Below are positions 27,900 through 45,340 of a DNA stretch of 64,000 bases, one piece after another. Both the position numbers and the translations under genes were made by a program. A model generated the notes under the pieces. It worked only from the letters and a program-made list of their open reading frames with translations. It was not told the origin of the DNA and ran no database searches. Source of the DNA: the human T2T-CHM13v2.0 reference genome, Homo sapiens; NCBI GenBank assembly GCA_009914755.4, contig CP086569.2, positions 12,800,001 through 12,864,000 on the forward strand. The letters run 5' to 3'. Each line of letters begins with the position of its first letter. The stretch's first letter is position 1.

Positions 27900-28570
27900 A
27901 TAGGACCTTATTTGGAAATTCAGTCTTTGTAAATGTAATTAGTATGGGATGTCAAGATGAAGTCATGCTGGATTCAGGACCCTAAATGCAATGACAGGTG
28001 TACTTGTAAGAGACAGAAGCGGAGACACAGACACAGAGGAGAAGGCCACCTGGAAACAGAGGCAGAGACTGGAGTGATGCAGCCACAAGCCTAGGGACAC
28101 CTGGAAACCCCAGGACCTGGGAGAGGCAGGAAGGATCCTCCCCTAGAGCCTCCAGAGGGAACTAAGAACACCTGTAGTGGCTTAAACTGTGCCACAAGCC
28201 CAGGGGTTCCTGGAGCCTCTAAGATCTGGAAGAGGCAGGACGGATGCTCTTCCTAGAGCCTCCAGAAGGAACTGAGTACAACTGTAGTCGATTGAACCAT
28301 AGTCTCCCAAAAAGATATGTCCACATCCTGACCCCAGAACATGTGAATGGGACCTTATTTGGAAACACGGCATTTGGAGATAGAACCAAGTCAAGAATCT
28401 CAAGGTGAGATCATCCTGGAATAGGTTGGGCCCTAAATGCAATGTCAGGTGTCCTTCTATGAGACATAAGAAGAGACACAGATACAGAGGAGAGGTTCAC
28501 AGGGATATTTAGGCAGGGACTGCAATGATTCACCTAAGGTCCAGGAATGCCAAGGATTGCTGCTGGCTAC
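27900..28570. repeat. Unnamed interspersed repeat family (central part), with an internal partial tandem repeat
   Basis: ggaccttatttggaaat...ccctaaatgcaatgacagg...agacacagacacagaggagaaggccacctgg..cagaggcagagactggagtgatgcagccacaagcc... Confidence 0.4.
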
Positions 28571-28916
28571 TGGAAGCTAGGGAGAGGCCAACAAGAGAAC
28601 TAGGAGATCAAAAATAACTTACTTTTACATTTAAAAATAACTAAAAGAGTATAATTGGATTATTGGCAACACAAAGGGTAAATGCTTGAGGGGCTGGATA
28701 CCCCATTCTCTGTGATGTGATTGTTATGTATTGCATGCCTGTATCAAAACATTACAGATATCCCATAAACATATACACCTCCTATGTACCCACAAAAATT
28801 ATCAATAACAAATTCTGAAAAAAACAGAACTGGGAGTTAATACATTTATGTTGCTTTCAGCCACCCAGTAGGAGGTAATTTTTTCTAATCTTTTTTTAAT
28901 TGTCATTTTTGGACAG

Positions 28917-29196
28917 GCACGGTGACTCACGCCTGTAATCCCAGCACTCTGGGAGGTGGAGGCAGGCAAATAACCTGAGGTCAGGAGTTCATGACCATCC
29001 TGGCCAAGATGGTGAAACTTCCTCTCTACTAAAAACACAAAAATTAGACAGGCATGGTGGCACATACCTGTAATCTCTGCTACTTGAGAGGCTGAGGGAT
29101 GAGAATCATTTGTACCCAGGAGGTGGAGATTGAGTGAGCCGAGATCAAGCCACTGCAACCCAGCCTGGGTGACAGAGTAAGTGTCTCAAAAAAAAA
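28917..29196 (+). mobile_element. Alu (AluS-like) abutting the 3' end of the ASS1 retrocopy
   Basis: Consensus match plus A10 tail. Confidence 0.9.
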
Positions 29197-30755
29197 ATGT
29201 CATTTTATAGCTCTCCACTGCAGCTGTCCCCCACCCTTCCCTTTGATGATCACTTTTGCAGGCTTCAGCGGTACCAGGGAAAAAGTTGGGGCCTGGCAGC
29301 CCCACTATACTGCCAGCCAGGGAGAACAAGTCACAATTACGAATTATCACAATAATTAGTGTCTGTTCTTGGGGTATCTGCAAAGTGTGCAAAGTGAGGA
29401 GGCCCCAGCTCCCCCTCACGTAGGTGCCCATTTGGCAGGGAGCTTGCTTTAGAGACAATGATATTCCTTCAGCCTGATGGAATTGATGTTGATGAACCTG
29501 GTGGCATTAATTGGCTCCTAATCGCCCTGCACATTCATGCTCACCAGCTCCTCATTTTAGAGAGACAGTGGGGACTCCTGTCTGAGTATGTCCACCTGGC
29601 TCTTGAAGACAGGCACCTGCACTTTCCCTTCCACTCACTCCTGGGACTTGGTGATGCAGTGGTGGACAAATTCACATTCAGGGCTGTGCCAGAAACTGGT
29701 GTACACCAGCTCAGCAAATTTCACGCCCAGGCCTTGTTTGATTTTGCACTCTTCCTGATTCATGGTGAAGGCCTCGATGTGTAAATGAGCATAGTAAAGG
29801 ATGATGCCAGCTAGGGTCTTGTAGATGCCTCAGGACTTCATTGCAATGAAATGGTTCTCCACGATGTCAATATGGCCCAGGCCATGCTTGCTCGCAGCTT
29901 CGTTCAGGTACACGCAGAGCTCCTAGGAGGTCTGGTGGGTGGCGCCATCCTTGACGTTGGTCACCTTCACGGGGACCTCTTTTTTGAACTCAATCTAGAG
30001 AATGTCAGGGGTGTTGGGGGCTTTGGTCAGGTCCTTAGTCTTTGTGTAGAGACCTGGAGGTGCTTATGGTACTTGTGTTTCTCCAGGATTCCAGCCTCAT
30101 AGCTGATACACATGAGGTTCTCGTCCATGATCCACGGGTTCTTGAGAGTGACTGGGATGGGAATCCGATGTTGCTTTGTGTATTCCATCAGATCATTGCA
30201 GCCATTGAGCCAGTAGTAGAACTCGGGCATCCTCCAGGGAGCAATGACCTTAATCTGGGGGCCAGTGAGCAGGTGAGCTCAAACTGGACCTGATCGTTCT
30301 CCTTTCCCATGATGCCATAGGATACGTACTTGGCCCCCTCCTGCTGGGTAATTTCCACTTGTTTGTGGGCGATGCAGAGCCTAGCCAGAGAGGTGCCCAG
30401 GAGGTAGTAGTCCTCATACAGGGCGCTGGACTGGATGGCCGGCCAGATGAACTCCTCCACAAACTCCCTGCTGACTTCCTCAATGAACACCTTTTTGGCC
30501 CCAAGCTTGCATGCCTTCTTCCTGTCTTTCTCGAAGTCTTCCTTCTGGCCAATGTTGGCCAGGTAGGCAATGACAACATGTCCTTGTTCCTTCAGCCACA
30601 CAAGCATGCAGGAGGTGTCCAGGCCACCACTGTGGGCCAGAACCATGGATCCTTTGCTGGACATAGCATCTGGGATTGGAGGTGCGAGTTCCCTGCATCT
30701 GAAATCTGTCTTCACGGTGCAGTAAACCACTTGCGCCCCGTGCAACAGAAGCAGG
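29197..30755 (-). pseudogene. ASS1: Processed (intronless) pseudogene of argininosuccinate synthase 1. The CDS-homologous part is about 29428-30664, with frameshifts and a premature stop. A 5'UTR remnant reaches about 30755. No poly-A tail is retained. I cannot say which of the ASS1P copies this is.
   Basis: The minus ORF 30188-30766 reads [95 protein letters not shown], which I recognise as the ASS1 N-terminus. ORF 30027-30230(-) reads [40 protein letters not shown]. The 3' end reads ...FININSIRLKEYHCL*, where ASS1 has ..[22 protein letters not shown]. There are no introns across the coding region. Confidence 0.88.
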
Positions 30756-31289
30756 TGACAGAGCAAGAGGAGGTAATTTTTTTACAGCAGCTATACCAAA
30801 CTAATACTGTTCAGTTTAGCAGCAACACCAAAATCAATGAGGAATATCAGGATGGTTAGCACACTGACCAGGAGTTTGGGTCAGCACTGACTCCAGGCCC
30901 ATGAGCCATGCTCAGACACTGTGTGGAGAGTGTTGTGGTGTACACTGAAGGAGTTTTGAACTCTCCTTTGGAGCACCAGCCTTGGTGTGGCTGTCAGATG
31001 TGCTTGGATTCAGTGCCTATCAGCTGAGGAGCTGAGCCTATTGAGAATTCTGTGTGTCAAAATTGGTCAGCATTTGAGGCAGTTCTGGGCTATCAGGGGG
31101 AGACAAGATTCCATGGCAGACACGAGCCAGAGTCGAAGAGAGAAAGTCATAGGAGGCAAGATAATGGCCTCTGAAAGAGGGCCACATCCCAATCTCCTAT
31201 GAATATGGTACCCTGCAATGGAGAAAGGGAATACAGGTTGCAGATAGAATTAAGGTGGTTAACTCACTCGACCTTAAAACTGGGAGATT

Positions 31290-31560
31290 GTTTTTGATTA
31301 TTCAGGCTGGGCCCAATCTAATTGCAAGAAGTCAGGCTGGATTCAGGACCCTAAATGCAATGACAGGTGTACTTGTAAGAGACAGAAAAGGACACACAGA
31401 CACAGAGGAGAAGGCCACTTGGAGACAGAGGCAGAGACTGGAATGATGTGGCCACAAGCCTAGAGATACCTGGAGCCCCCAGGACCTGGGAGAGGCAGGA
31501 AGTGTCCTCCCCTAGAGCCTCCAGAGGGAACTAAGTACACCTGTAGTAGTTTAAACTGTC
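31290..31560. repeat. Fragment of the unnamed interspersed repeat family, about 93% identical to 27960-28195
   Basis: Near-identical run gattcaggaccctaaatgcaatgacaggtgtacttgtaagagacagaa..ggacacacagacacagaggagaaggccac.tgga.acagaggcagagactgga. Confidence 0.4.
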
Positions 31561-31589
31561 CTTAGAGTCCTTAAAAGTAGAGAAAATTC

Positions 31590-31940
31590 AAGGCCAGCCT
31601 GGGCATCATAGCAAGACATTGTCTCTACTGAAAAGAAAAAAAAGAAAAAAAAAGAAGCCAGATATGGAGGCGCACACCTGTAATATCAGCTATTCTTGAT
31701 CCCAGGAGTTGAAGGCTGTAGTGAGCTATGACCATGGTGCTGCACTCCAGCCTGGATGATAGAGCAGGACTCTATCTCAAAAAATTTAAAAAGCTGGGAG
31801 CAGTGGCTTATGCCTGTAATCCCAGCACTTTGAGAGGCTGAGGCAGGAGGATCGCTTGATCCCAGGAAGCTGAAGCTGTAAGGACACCACTGCACTCCAG
31901 CCTGGGCTACAGAGTAAGACCCTGTCTCAAAAAAATAAAA
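31590..31940 (+). mobile_element. Alu-derived composite (FLAM/FRAM-like monomers plus a partial Alu)
   Basis: Alu monomer motifs and A-rich linkers. Confidence 0.7.
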
Positions 31941-33299
31941 AACAGCAGAAGAATCAGAGATAAGTACGGTTGTCTCTGGAAGCTGGAAATGAAGTTTCCT
32001 GTTTATAATCAGCTGGAAAGGGAGACTTCAATTCTACAACCACAGGAAACAATTCTGTCACCATCCCTGAAAAGCAAGGAAATGAATTCTTCCTAACATC
32101 TTCTCTATTAAAATGCAGCCCTACTGATACCCTTTTTTTTCACTTTTGTAATTATCACTTTAATTAGTAACTTAATATAAAAACCAGGAAAAAAATCTAC
32201 ATTTGTATCAGACCAAAGATCAGGTTTAAAAAATGAATACACCATACTTCTGTTCAAAATAGATTCCAGAAGGAAATTCACAAGTATTTTTCTCTCTTGG
32301 CGAAGGTGTTTACTTTTTAAAATAATGTGAACTTGTACTTGTGATTAAGGGGTACATGTGCAGGTTTATTACATTGTTACGTTGCGTGACGCTGAGCCTA
32401 CCAACATCTTGATTTTAGCCCAATGAAGCTCTTGTTGAACTTCTCACCTCCAGAATTACTGAACTGTAGAAGTGTAAGAAAATAAATTTGCATCGTTTAA
32501 GCAACTAAGTTTATAACAATTTGTGACAACAGCCATAGAAAATTAATAAGCTGGCAAATGGGTGAGGGCCTGTGAACTCTGTATCTTCCCAGGAGGGAGC
32601 CATTTATCCAGTAATAATGCACTGTACATCAGGAATTACTGGGCCACAACGTGAGTCATTTCTAGTGGTAGGAATTGACTGCCGATCCCCCCCTGCTGTA
32701 CCTTGGTCTTCTCACCTGTGAGCCATTGGGCACCCTTGTGCGTAACTAGGAAGGTTAACAGAAGAGCCAGTGTCCCTGAACTACTCTTTCTCAAGGTGAA
32801 ATTGACCTGTCATGGGCCCCGTCAGGGTTATCACTCAAAAAAGCCAATGAGCCAGTGTAAACAGGAGATTCCTTCAAATCAGAGTATCCTCTGGGAGATG
32901 CACGATCCATATTCTACTTGCTTCAGAAACAACTCGGGTGTTCGCCAAAAATGCGCAGCCCCAGGTCAAACGCTCGGATTAGCTCAATGAAGGTTTCTGG
33001 AATGGGGCCTCCACTGTCTCATTTTCTGGTTCTCCGATGGGTCCTTCCTGGTGTCACCTCCCCATAAACACCTTACCCTCAAATCCTAGTCTCTGCTTGT
33101 GCTTCTAGGGGGAACTCAGTTCCCTACATTTAATTCTGCTTAAACCCCTACCCCAATAACCCCACCATAACCTTACCAATAACTCTTTCAAGTGATCCAT
33201 GTAGGTCGTATGAGACATAGACAGATAAACTAAGTGTAAGAAATCTTTGAATAAACAGATCAAACATTTAGATTTTAACTCAAGTTTATTTATGTTTTT

Positions 33300-33790
33300 T
33301 TCCAGTTGAAAAAGAAAGAAAACTTATAAAGAATAACGAACTCCCTAAAGGCAAAGGGAAAATGTTTGTATACTTATCTAATTCATATTGAAATCTGCAT
33401 AAGATATTCATACATATTTAACTGCATAACTTAAATTTATACATGTTTTAATGAATATCAATTTATTGTATTGTAATACATAAATATTTTATAACATACA
33501 TTATATTGATGACACATTTAAATGTATTGATATATTATAAAATATAAATACATAATTTATATAAACAAATTTTAATTAGATGTTATAAGTTAATTAGATA
33601 ACTTGATTAGGTAAACATTAGATATTTTAAAATGAATGTATCATATATAATATACAAATATATAAATATAATATATAATATATAAATGTATTATAAATAT
33701 ATAATGGAATGAATATATCATTATAACAAATATTACATAATATAGAAAGATATTTATATTATGATGTCTGTTATATATTCATATGTAACT
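33300..33790. repeat. AT-rich low-complexity or (TATA/ATAAT)n-like block
   Basis: Direct reading. Confidence 0.8.
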
Positions 33791-34078
33791 TTTTTTTTTT
33801 TTTTCAGATGGAGTCTCACTGCATTGCCCAGGCTGGAGTGCAATTGCGAGATCTCGGCTTCACTGCAACCTCTGCCTTCTGAGTTAAGTGATTCTCCTGC
33901 CTCAGCCACCCAAGTAGCTGGGATTACAAGGGTGCACCACGCCCAGCTAATTTTTGTATTTTTAGTAGAGATAGGGTTTCACTATGTTGGCCAGGATGGT
34001 TTCAATCTCCTGACCTTGTGATCTGCCTGCCTTCACCTCCCAAAGTGCTGGGATTACAGGCATAAGCCACCACGTGCA
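33790..34078 (-). mobile_element. Alu
   Basis: Reverse-complement Alu consensus with T15. Confidence 0.9.
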
Positions 34079-34417
34079 ACTTATGTGCCATATTATATAT
34101 AATAGAATATAGTGTGTATTTTATTAATATGATATAATTTTATAATATATCTTATATACCCATATAATGTATAATATATCTTATACACCCAATAATTTAT
34201 GAAATATACTTACAGACCCATATATTTATATACTATATACTATTTGCATTATTAACCATAAATATTATAATTACATTAAATCATTTGTAATACCATTATT
34301 AACAAATATACACAAGATAAAATTGCTTTAATAAGTTTTAAAGAAACCAATGATACAACACGATGTGCCTGGAAATCAAGAAATCTCTTATAGTTGTTAT
34401 AAGATGTTGAAAATGAG

Positions 34418-34730
34418 GGCCAGGCATGGTGGCTCATGCCCGTAATTCCAGCATTTTATGAGGCCGAGGCAGGAGGATCGCTCGAGCCCAGGAGTTTGAG
34501 ACCAGCCTGGGCAACATAATGAAATCTTGTCTCCATAAAAAATATGAATGTTAGCTGGGCATGATGGTGCATACCTGTAGTCCCAGCTACTCAGGAGGCT
34601 GAGGCAGAAGGATTACCTAGGCCAGGAGGTCGAGGCTACAGTGAGCCATAATAGTACCACTGCACTCCAGCCTGAGTGACAGATTGAGACCCTGTCTAAA
34701 AAAACAAACAAAACAAAACAACAACAAAGA
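34418..34730 (+). mobile_element. Alu with an (AAAC)n-like tail
   Basis: Consensus match. Confidence 0.9.
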
Positions 34731-34959
34731 AAAAGATGTTCACTTTCCTTTAAGGTTTCCATATTGCTTAATTAGGAGATATTTACAAAAGAATCTATTA
34801 TCTTTATTTCAGGAAATAAATTGACAGAAAGGTTTTTTCCTGGAAAAAGCTGTTAGAAAAATCTTTAAAAATTAAAGTAAGATATTCTGTGTTAAAATTA
34901 GGTTTTAGTAAGCTGGAGAAGCACATTCCTAAAACTACACAGGCAAGCATGTTACCAAT

Positions 34960-35314
34960 GTGATATGGTTTGGCTGTGTCCCCACCCAAATCTCATCTTG
35001 AATTGTACTCTTTGTAATTCCCATGTTGTGGGAGGGACCCAGTGGGAGATAATTTGAATCATGGGGGCAGTTTCCCCCATACTGTTCTCATGGTAGTGGG
35101 TGGGTCTCATGAAATCTGATGGTTTTATGAGGGTTTCTCTTTTGCATCTTCCTCATTTTTTGTTGCTGCCACCATGTAAGAAGTGCTTTTTGCCTCCTGC
35201 CATCATACTGAGGCCTCCCCAGCCATGTGGAACTGTAAGCGCAATGAAACCTCTTTTTCTTCCCAGTCTTGGGTATGTCTTTATCAGCAGCATGAAATGA
35301 ACTAAGACACAATG
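34960..35314 (+). mobile_element. THE1/MST-type MaLR solo LTR
   Basis: tgatatggtttggctgtgtccccacccaaatctcatcttgaattgta...gggagggacccagtggga...ctgaggcctccccagccatgtggaactgtaag... Confidence 0.8.
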
Positions 35315-35709
35315 CAGTAAGAGTTTGCACTGAAATAGCATTCAGACTGATGAGGGCAGGTGTGCTAATTGAATGCCCCCTGTGTCATCCTTTCTCCCAA
35401 CACTTGGCAGACATCAGTGATTTCTCTAAGTGGTTTTCTCTGCTCAGCCCACACACATCCCCAGACCGGTTCTCTATTTGCACTTCAGGCAGGTTGGTAC
35501 AAACCTATTAAAAGCAGACAGGCAAGACAGCACACACTGTTCCCTGCTGAGATGTGGAATCCAGCAAGTGGGATTAACACAATTTAGGCCCTTGTGGAGT
35601 TCGGGCTATATCAATACACTCAATATTTTTGGATTTATTAACTAGACAAATGATGAAATCAATAAATGAATTTTTTTATTGCTTGACTTTTTAAATGATG
35701 ACTTTTAGA

Positions 35710-36780
35710 AGCAGTGTAATTGGTTTTTTAAAAAATGTATGTTAATTTATGGGGTACACATGTGATTATGTAACCTAGACAGATTGCGCAGTGGTGAAGT
35801 CTTGGCTTCTGTATCCATCACTGGCATAATGCATTTGTGCCCATTAAGTAACTTGTTATCCCTCAGCACCCTCCTACCCTTCCCAGTCAGCAATGTCTAT
35901 GATTCCGCACTTTACTCCTATGTGGTAACATTATTTAGCTCCTACTTATAAATAAGAACATGCACTATTTGTCTTTTTGTTTCTGAGTTGTTTTACTTAA
36001 GAAAATAACCACCACTTCCTTCCATGTTGCTGCAAAAGATATGGTTGCATTCCTTTTTGTGGTTGAATAGTGTTCCACTGTGTACATATACCACATTTTC
36101 TTTATCCCATCATCCATTGATGGACACTTAGGTTGATTCCATATCTTTGCTATTGTAAATAGGGCTTCCAGTACAGGAGTCTTTTCTTTTCATTTTTAGT
36201 TGGAGTCTCACTCTGTCTCCTAGCCTGCAGTGCGGAGGCACCATCTTGACTCACTGCAACCTCTGCCTCCTGGGTTCAAATGATTCTCTTGCCTCGGTCT
36301 CCAGAGTAGTTGGGGCTACAGGAATGTGCCACCACCACTGGCTAATTTTTGTATTTTTACTAGATACAGGGTTTCACCATGTTAGCCAGGCTGGTCTCAA
36401 GCTCCTGACCTGTTGTGATTCACCTGCCTCAGTCTTTCAAAGTGCTGGGATTATAGGCATAAGCCACCATGCCAGGCCAGTGCACATATCTTTTTGATGT
36501 AATAATTTCTTTTCCTTTGGGTAGATATCCAGTAGTGGGTTGCTGGATGGAATGATAGTTCTATTTTTGGTTCTTTGAGAATTCTCCACACTCTTTTTCA
36601 TCAGATTGTACTAATCTACATTCCCAAGAACAATGTATAAGTGTTCCCTTTTCTCTGCATCCTCACCAACATCTGTTGTTTTTTCAATAATAGCCATTCT
36701 GACTGGAGTAGGATGAAATCTCATGATATGTAATATCTATCTTGCTAAAACGTGTTTAAATGTACTTTGCTGTGGGGTTC
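35710..36780 (-). mobile_element. Older L1 (L1PB/L1MA-like) 3' portion in antisense, interrupted by an Alu
   Basis: The + strand reads the reverse complement of the L1 ORF2 3' region (catgttgctgcaaaagatatg..ttcctttttgtggttgaatagtgttccactgtgtacatataccacattttctttatcc..catccattgatggacacttaggttgattccatatctttgctattgtaaataggg). Confidence 0.8.
36196..36478 (-). mobile_element. Alu nested in the L1
   Basis: Reverse-complement Alu consensus. Confidence 0.9.
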
Positions 36781-36802
36781 ACTTTACCATGAAACAAAAT
36801 CA

Positions 36803-37140
<338 letters not shown>

Positions 37141-37239
37141 AAAAGTGCTTACATGTTAAGATCTACCATAAAATTTGGTATGCACATAGAGGTTCAGATA
37201 GGTCTAGGCTGAGTGTACCCCATGAATCTACGTAAAAAT

Positions 37240-38160
37240 CAGTCATCTACTTTTTCATTTACAGGACTGTTCATATGGAAGGGGGGCAGGGAAGTGCTGG
37301 GTAGAGGAGGGTGTGGTCCCTGGCTAGGGCTCCACCTGTGGGCCTGTGCCCATGGACCTAAGTGAGTACAGGCACTCCTGTTTTCCTGCCCACATGTTGC
37401 ATTTTCCAAGACCTTTCTGGCCTGCTCTGCCTCCAATCTGTGCTTATAAAAACCTCGAGACTGTAGCAGGCAGACACACAATTACCTGGACATTGAGAGG
37501 AACACATAAGTGGAGACGACACAAGCAGCCGGACCTCGAGGGGAGCATGCCAGTGGAAGAGTGCACTGGCAGACACTGGCAGGCTGGCGGGCCATTGACT
37601 GGCAGAATGGCATGGAGTTCGGCAGGAGAGGTCAGAGGAAAAAAGCCTGGGCTGCTGAGCAGCCAGCAACTCCAGGGGAAAACCATCTCCCTCTGCCTCC
37701 CCTATCTGCTGAGAGCTACCTCCACTCAATAAAACCTTGTACTCATTCTCCAAGCCCATGTGTGATCTGATTCTTCTGGTACACAAAGACAAGAAACTGG
37801 GGATACAGAAAGCCCTCCATCTTTGTGATAAGGCAGGGGGTCTAATTGAGCTGAGTAACACAAGCCGCTTATGGATGGCTAAACTAAAAGAGCACTCTGT
37901 AACACACGCCCACTGGGGCTTCAGGAGCTATAAACATTCACCCCTAGATGCTGCCGAGGGGTCGGAGCCCCACAACCTCCCGGTCTGCCTGCACCTCTGA
38001 GGGGTTTGCGCAGTGGGGCACTGAAGGAGTGAGCCACACTTCCATCGCATGCCCTGTGAGGGAGATGAGGGAACTTTTCCCATTTCACTGTGGCTGAGAT
38101 AGTCAGATACCTACGTGACACTCATTTTCCCTTACTTCTTTACTGAGTGTAACAGGCTGC
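37240..38160 (+). repeat. Possible ERV1-type solo LTR or LTR-like repeat, unclassified
   Basis: R/U5-like segment ctccactcaataaaaccttgtactcattctccaagcccatgtgtgatctgattcttctggtacacaaagacaag. No coding signal. The family was not recognised. Confidence 0.3.
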
Positions 38161-38248
38161 ATACAGGTGCTCAGAGATGTCCACATCCTAATCCCTGGAG
38201 CCCATCAATATGTTATTTCATGTGGAAAAAAATGGCTTTGCAGATGTG

Positions 38249-38347
38249 TTAGGTTGGTGCAAAAATAATGGCAAAAACCGCGATTATTTTGGCACCAACC
38301 TAATATTAACGGCAAAAACCGCAATTACTTTTGCAGCAACCTTATAA
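38249..38347. mobile_element. MADE1 (Hsmar1-derived MITE), rearranged with a duplicated right arm
   Basis: ttaggttggtgcaaaaataatggcaaaaaccgcgattattttggcaccaacctaa followed by tattaacggcaaaaaccgcaattacttttgcagcaacc. Compare the MADE1 palindromic consensus ttaggttggtgcaaaagtaattgcggtttttgcc...ggcaaaaaccgcaattacttttgcaccaacctaa. Confidence 0.75.
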
Positions 38348-38841
38348 TTAAGTTAAGCATCCTGAGATGGGGAGATGAGCCTGGGTTGTCCAGGTGCACC
38401 CTGATGTAATCACAGGGTCCGTAGAAGAGGGAAGGAGGAGGGTCAGAAAGAGAAAGATTGGAGGACACTAGGCAGCTGGCTTTGAACATACAGAAAGGGA
38501 CCACAGATTTCACTCAAGAGCCTCCAGAAGGAACACAGTTCTGCCAGCACCTAATTTTAGACTTCTGAGCTCCAGAACTATAAGATAATACACTTATGTT
38601 CTTATAATCTACTAAATTTATGGTAACTGGTTACAGTAGCTCTAGGGGAAAAACACTCACATACCCACACACTATGCAATATGCCCAACAGAAAAATCTA
38701 TTCTTTTCTGAACACTCTTCAAATTGACGTTTTGTAAGTTCAGTGATGCTAGGAGCTCCTGGAGGGGGTCTTGTTTTGTTTGCTTTTCTTCCTTCCTCCT
38801 GTTCTCCTGATTTATGTCCGGAATACAGATGGGGTGGCTGA

Positions 38842-39163
<322 letters not shown>

Positions 39164-39970
39164 CTTTTGTTAAATGTGGGAGTCCACGTGCTAAAGGAAG
39201 AAGGTGCTGGCATCCCAGAACTCTAGCCCTTGGTTTTCCATCTCCAGAATTCTTATATGTGAGGGAGAAACAAATGGTGCTCTTGTTAAGACACTATTTC
39301 TGCCAAACAAACATAGTATTTAAATTGTACAAGCACTTTCAAGTCAAGTTTTTTATTTTTCTTAACACCCTGCCCCTTAGGAAACAGGAGAATGTATGGA
39401 CTTTGAAGGATTGACTAAAAGAAAGAACTGGAAATCACCATTTTTCTACACATCTCCAATATGTCACTCATCAATTAAGTCCCAAGAATTATATAAAGCC
39501 TGCATGATGAGAATGAAACAAATATTTTTGTTCTTTGATTACCCACACTGCAGCACAAACAACAATAACAAAAACCAGACATACGTACATGCAAAAAGTT
39601 TATATAGTGTTTTAGGAAAATCTTACACACTTGCCAAGAGAAAAAAAATAAATGAAAGGATTACAATAAAGTCACTTTTTAAAGAATTTAGACTGTATTT
39701 TATTACAACTGCATTTTATTCTATGGAAGAAAAAAATGATCAAACATGATTCTAAGCTAACCTTTGAAGAAGCCTATATTTTTAGGAAATTAATAAAAAA
39801 GAAGATAAATTTAAAATTAAATGAAAATAAATAATAAACTTAAACAATGAAGATAAATTTAAAACAATGAGATAAATTTAAACTTATTCTCAATTATAGG
39901 TAGGTGGATACAAAGATAGATAGAAAATAGATAGAAAGATAGACAATAGAGATGATAGATGATGGATAGA

Positions 39971-40506
39971 CCAGCAGTCCTCAACTTTTTTGGCATGAGG
40001 AATCAGTTTCATGGAAGACAATTTTTCCATGGACTTGGTGGGGAGATGGTTTTAGGATGATTCAAGGGCATTGCATTTATTGTATACTTTATTTCTATTA
40101 CAATTACATTATAATATATAATGAAATAATTATACAACTCACCATTATGTAGAATCAGTGCAGCCCTGAGCTTGTTTTCTTGCAACTAGATGGTCCCACT
40201 AGGGGTGATGGGAGACTGTGACAGATCATCAAGCATTAGATTCTCATAAGGAGCACGCAGCAAACTCTAGATCCCTCACATGCACAGTTCACAATAGGTT
40301 TCTTGCTCCTTTGAGAATCTAATGTGGCCACTAATTTGACAGGAGTTGGAGCTCAAGCAGTAATGCAAGCGCTGGGGAGCAGTTGTCAATACAGATGAAG
40401 CTTCACTCTCTCACCTACTGCTCACTTCCTACTGCTTTCAGATGTGCCAGTTCCTAACAGGTCACTGACTGGTACCACTCCAGGCCTGGGGGTTGGGAAC
40501 CGTGGG
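39971..40506. mobile_element. hAT-Charlie-type (MER1-like) non-autonomous DNA transposon with an 8-bp TSD (ggatagac / ggatagaa), inserted in a GATA-rich repeat
   Basis: Termini cagcagtcctcaacttttttggcatgaggaatcagtttcatggaagacaatttttccatgga...ggcctgggggttgggaaccgtg. Internal block catcaagcattagattctcataaggagcacgcagcaaactctagatccctcacatgcacagttcacaataggtt. Confidence 0.65.
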
Positions 40507-40881
40507 ATAGAAGATAAACAATCAATAGGTGATAAATTAGACAACTGATAGAGGTTAGGTACATAGATATACATACACAATTTATAGACTGATAGAAATA
40601 TAGATGGATAGATAGAGGATGGATAGATAAGTTTACCCATTAAGAAAAAAATAGAGTATGCTGAAAGTTCGTAAATAAGAAGTCTGTGCTTGCCGTGCAA
40701 GTATTGTCCATATAAGGTCTCTGTCATAACACCCCTGGAGAAACATGGGAAGAGTGGTTTCACGGTGGCTTTCAGATGTTCTGCACGTCATATTCATGGG
40801 TGCTCATTTCATGATATGCAGATTCTGTTCTTATTTCACTAGACCGAAAATGAATGTTAACATCTTTGGCTTTTTTCTAAA

Positions 40882-41184
<303 letters not shown>

Positions 41185-41484
41185 TTACATATAATTTTAC
41201 CTACCCATCCAAGGATCAAGGAATAAACAAAATATGTTCAATATGTTCAATTCATACAGTCTAATATAATTCATTTATGAAATGGAATGAAGGTCTAATA
41301 CAGGCTATTATATGTACGAATCTTGAAAACACCATGCTTAGTGAATGAAGCCAGTGTATCATTATGTTTATATTAAATTTCAAGAATAGCTAAATCTATG
41401 GACAGAAAACAGAAAATAACTGGTTTCCAGGGACGAGGATGAGGAGAAAAGGAAAGGAGAGGAGACGAGGAGAAAAGAAGAATG

Positions 41485-45248
<3,764 letters not shown>

Positions 45249-45340
45249 GAGAATAGAGAGTGACTGCTTAATGAATATAGGATTTCCTTTTGGTATTTTA
45301 AAATGTTTAGGAACTAGATAGTGATGATAATTGCACTATA

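Noticed and set aside
29458-30293. Plus-strand ORFs (108, 83 and 83 aa) overlapping the ASS1 retrocopy
   Set aside because: They are antisense-frame artefacts of the minus-strand ASS1 pseudogene.
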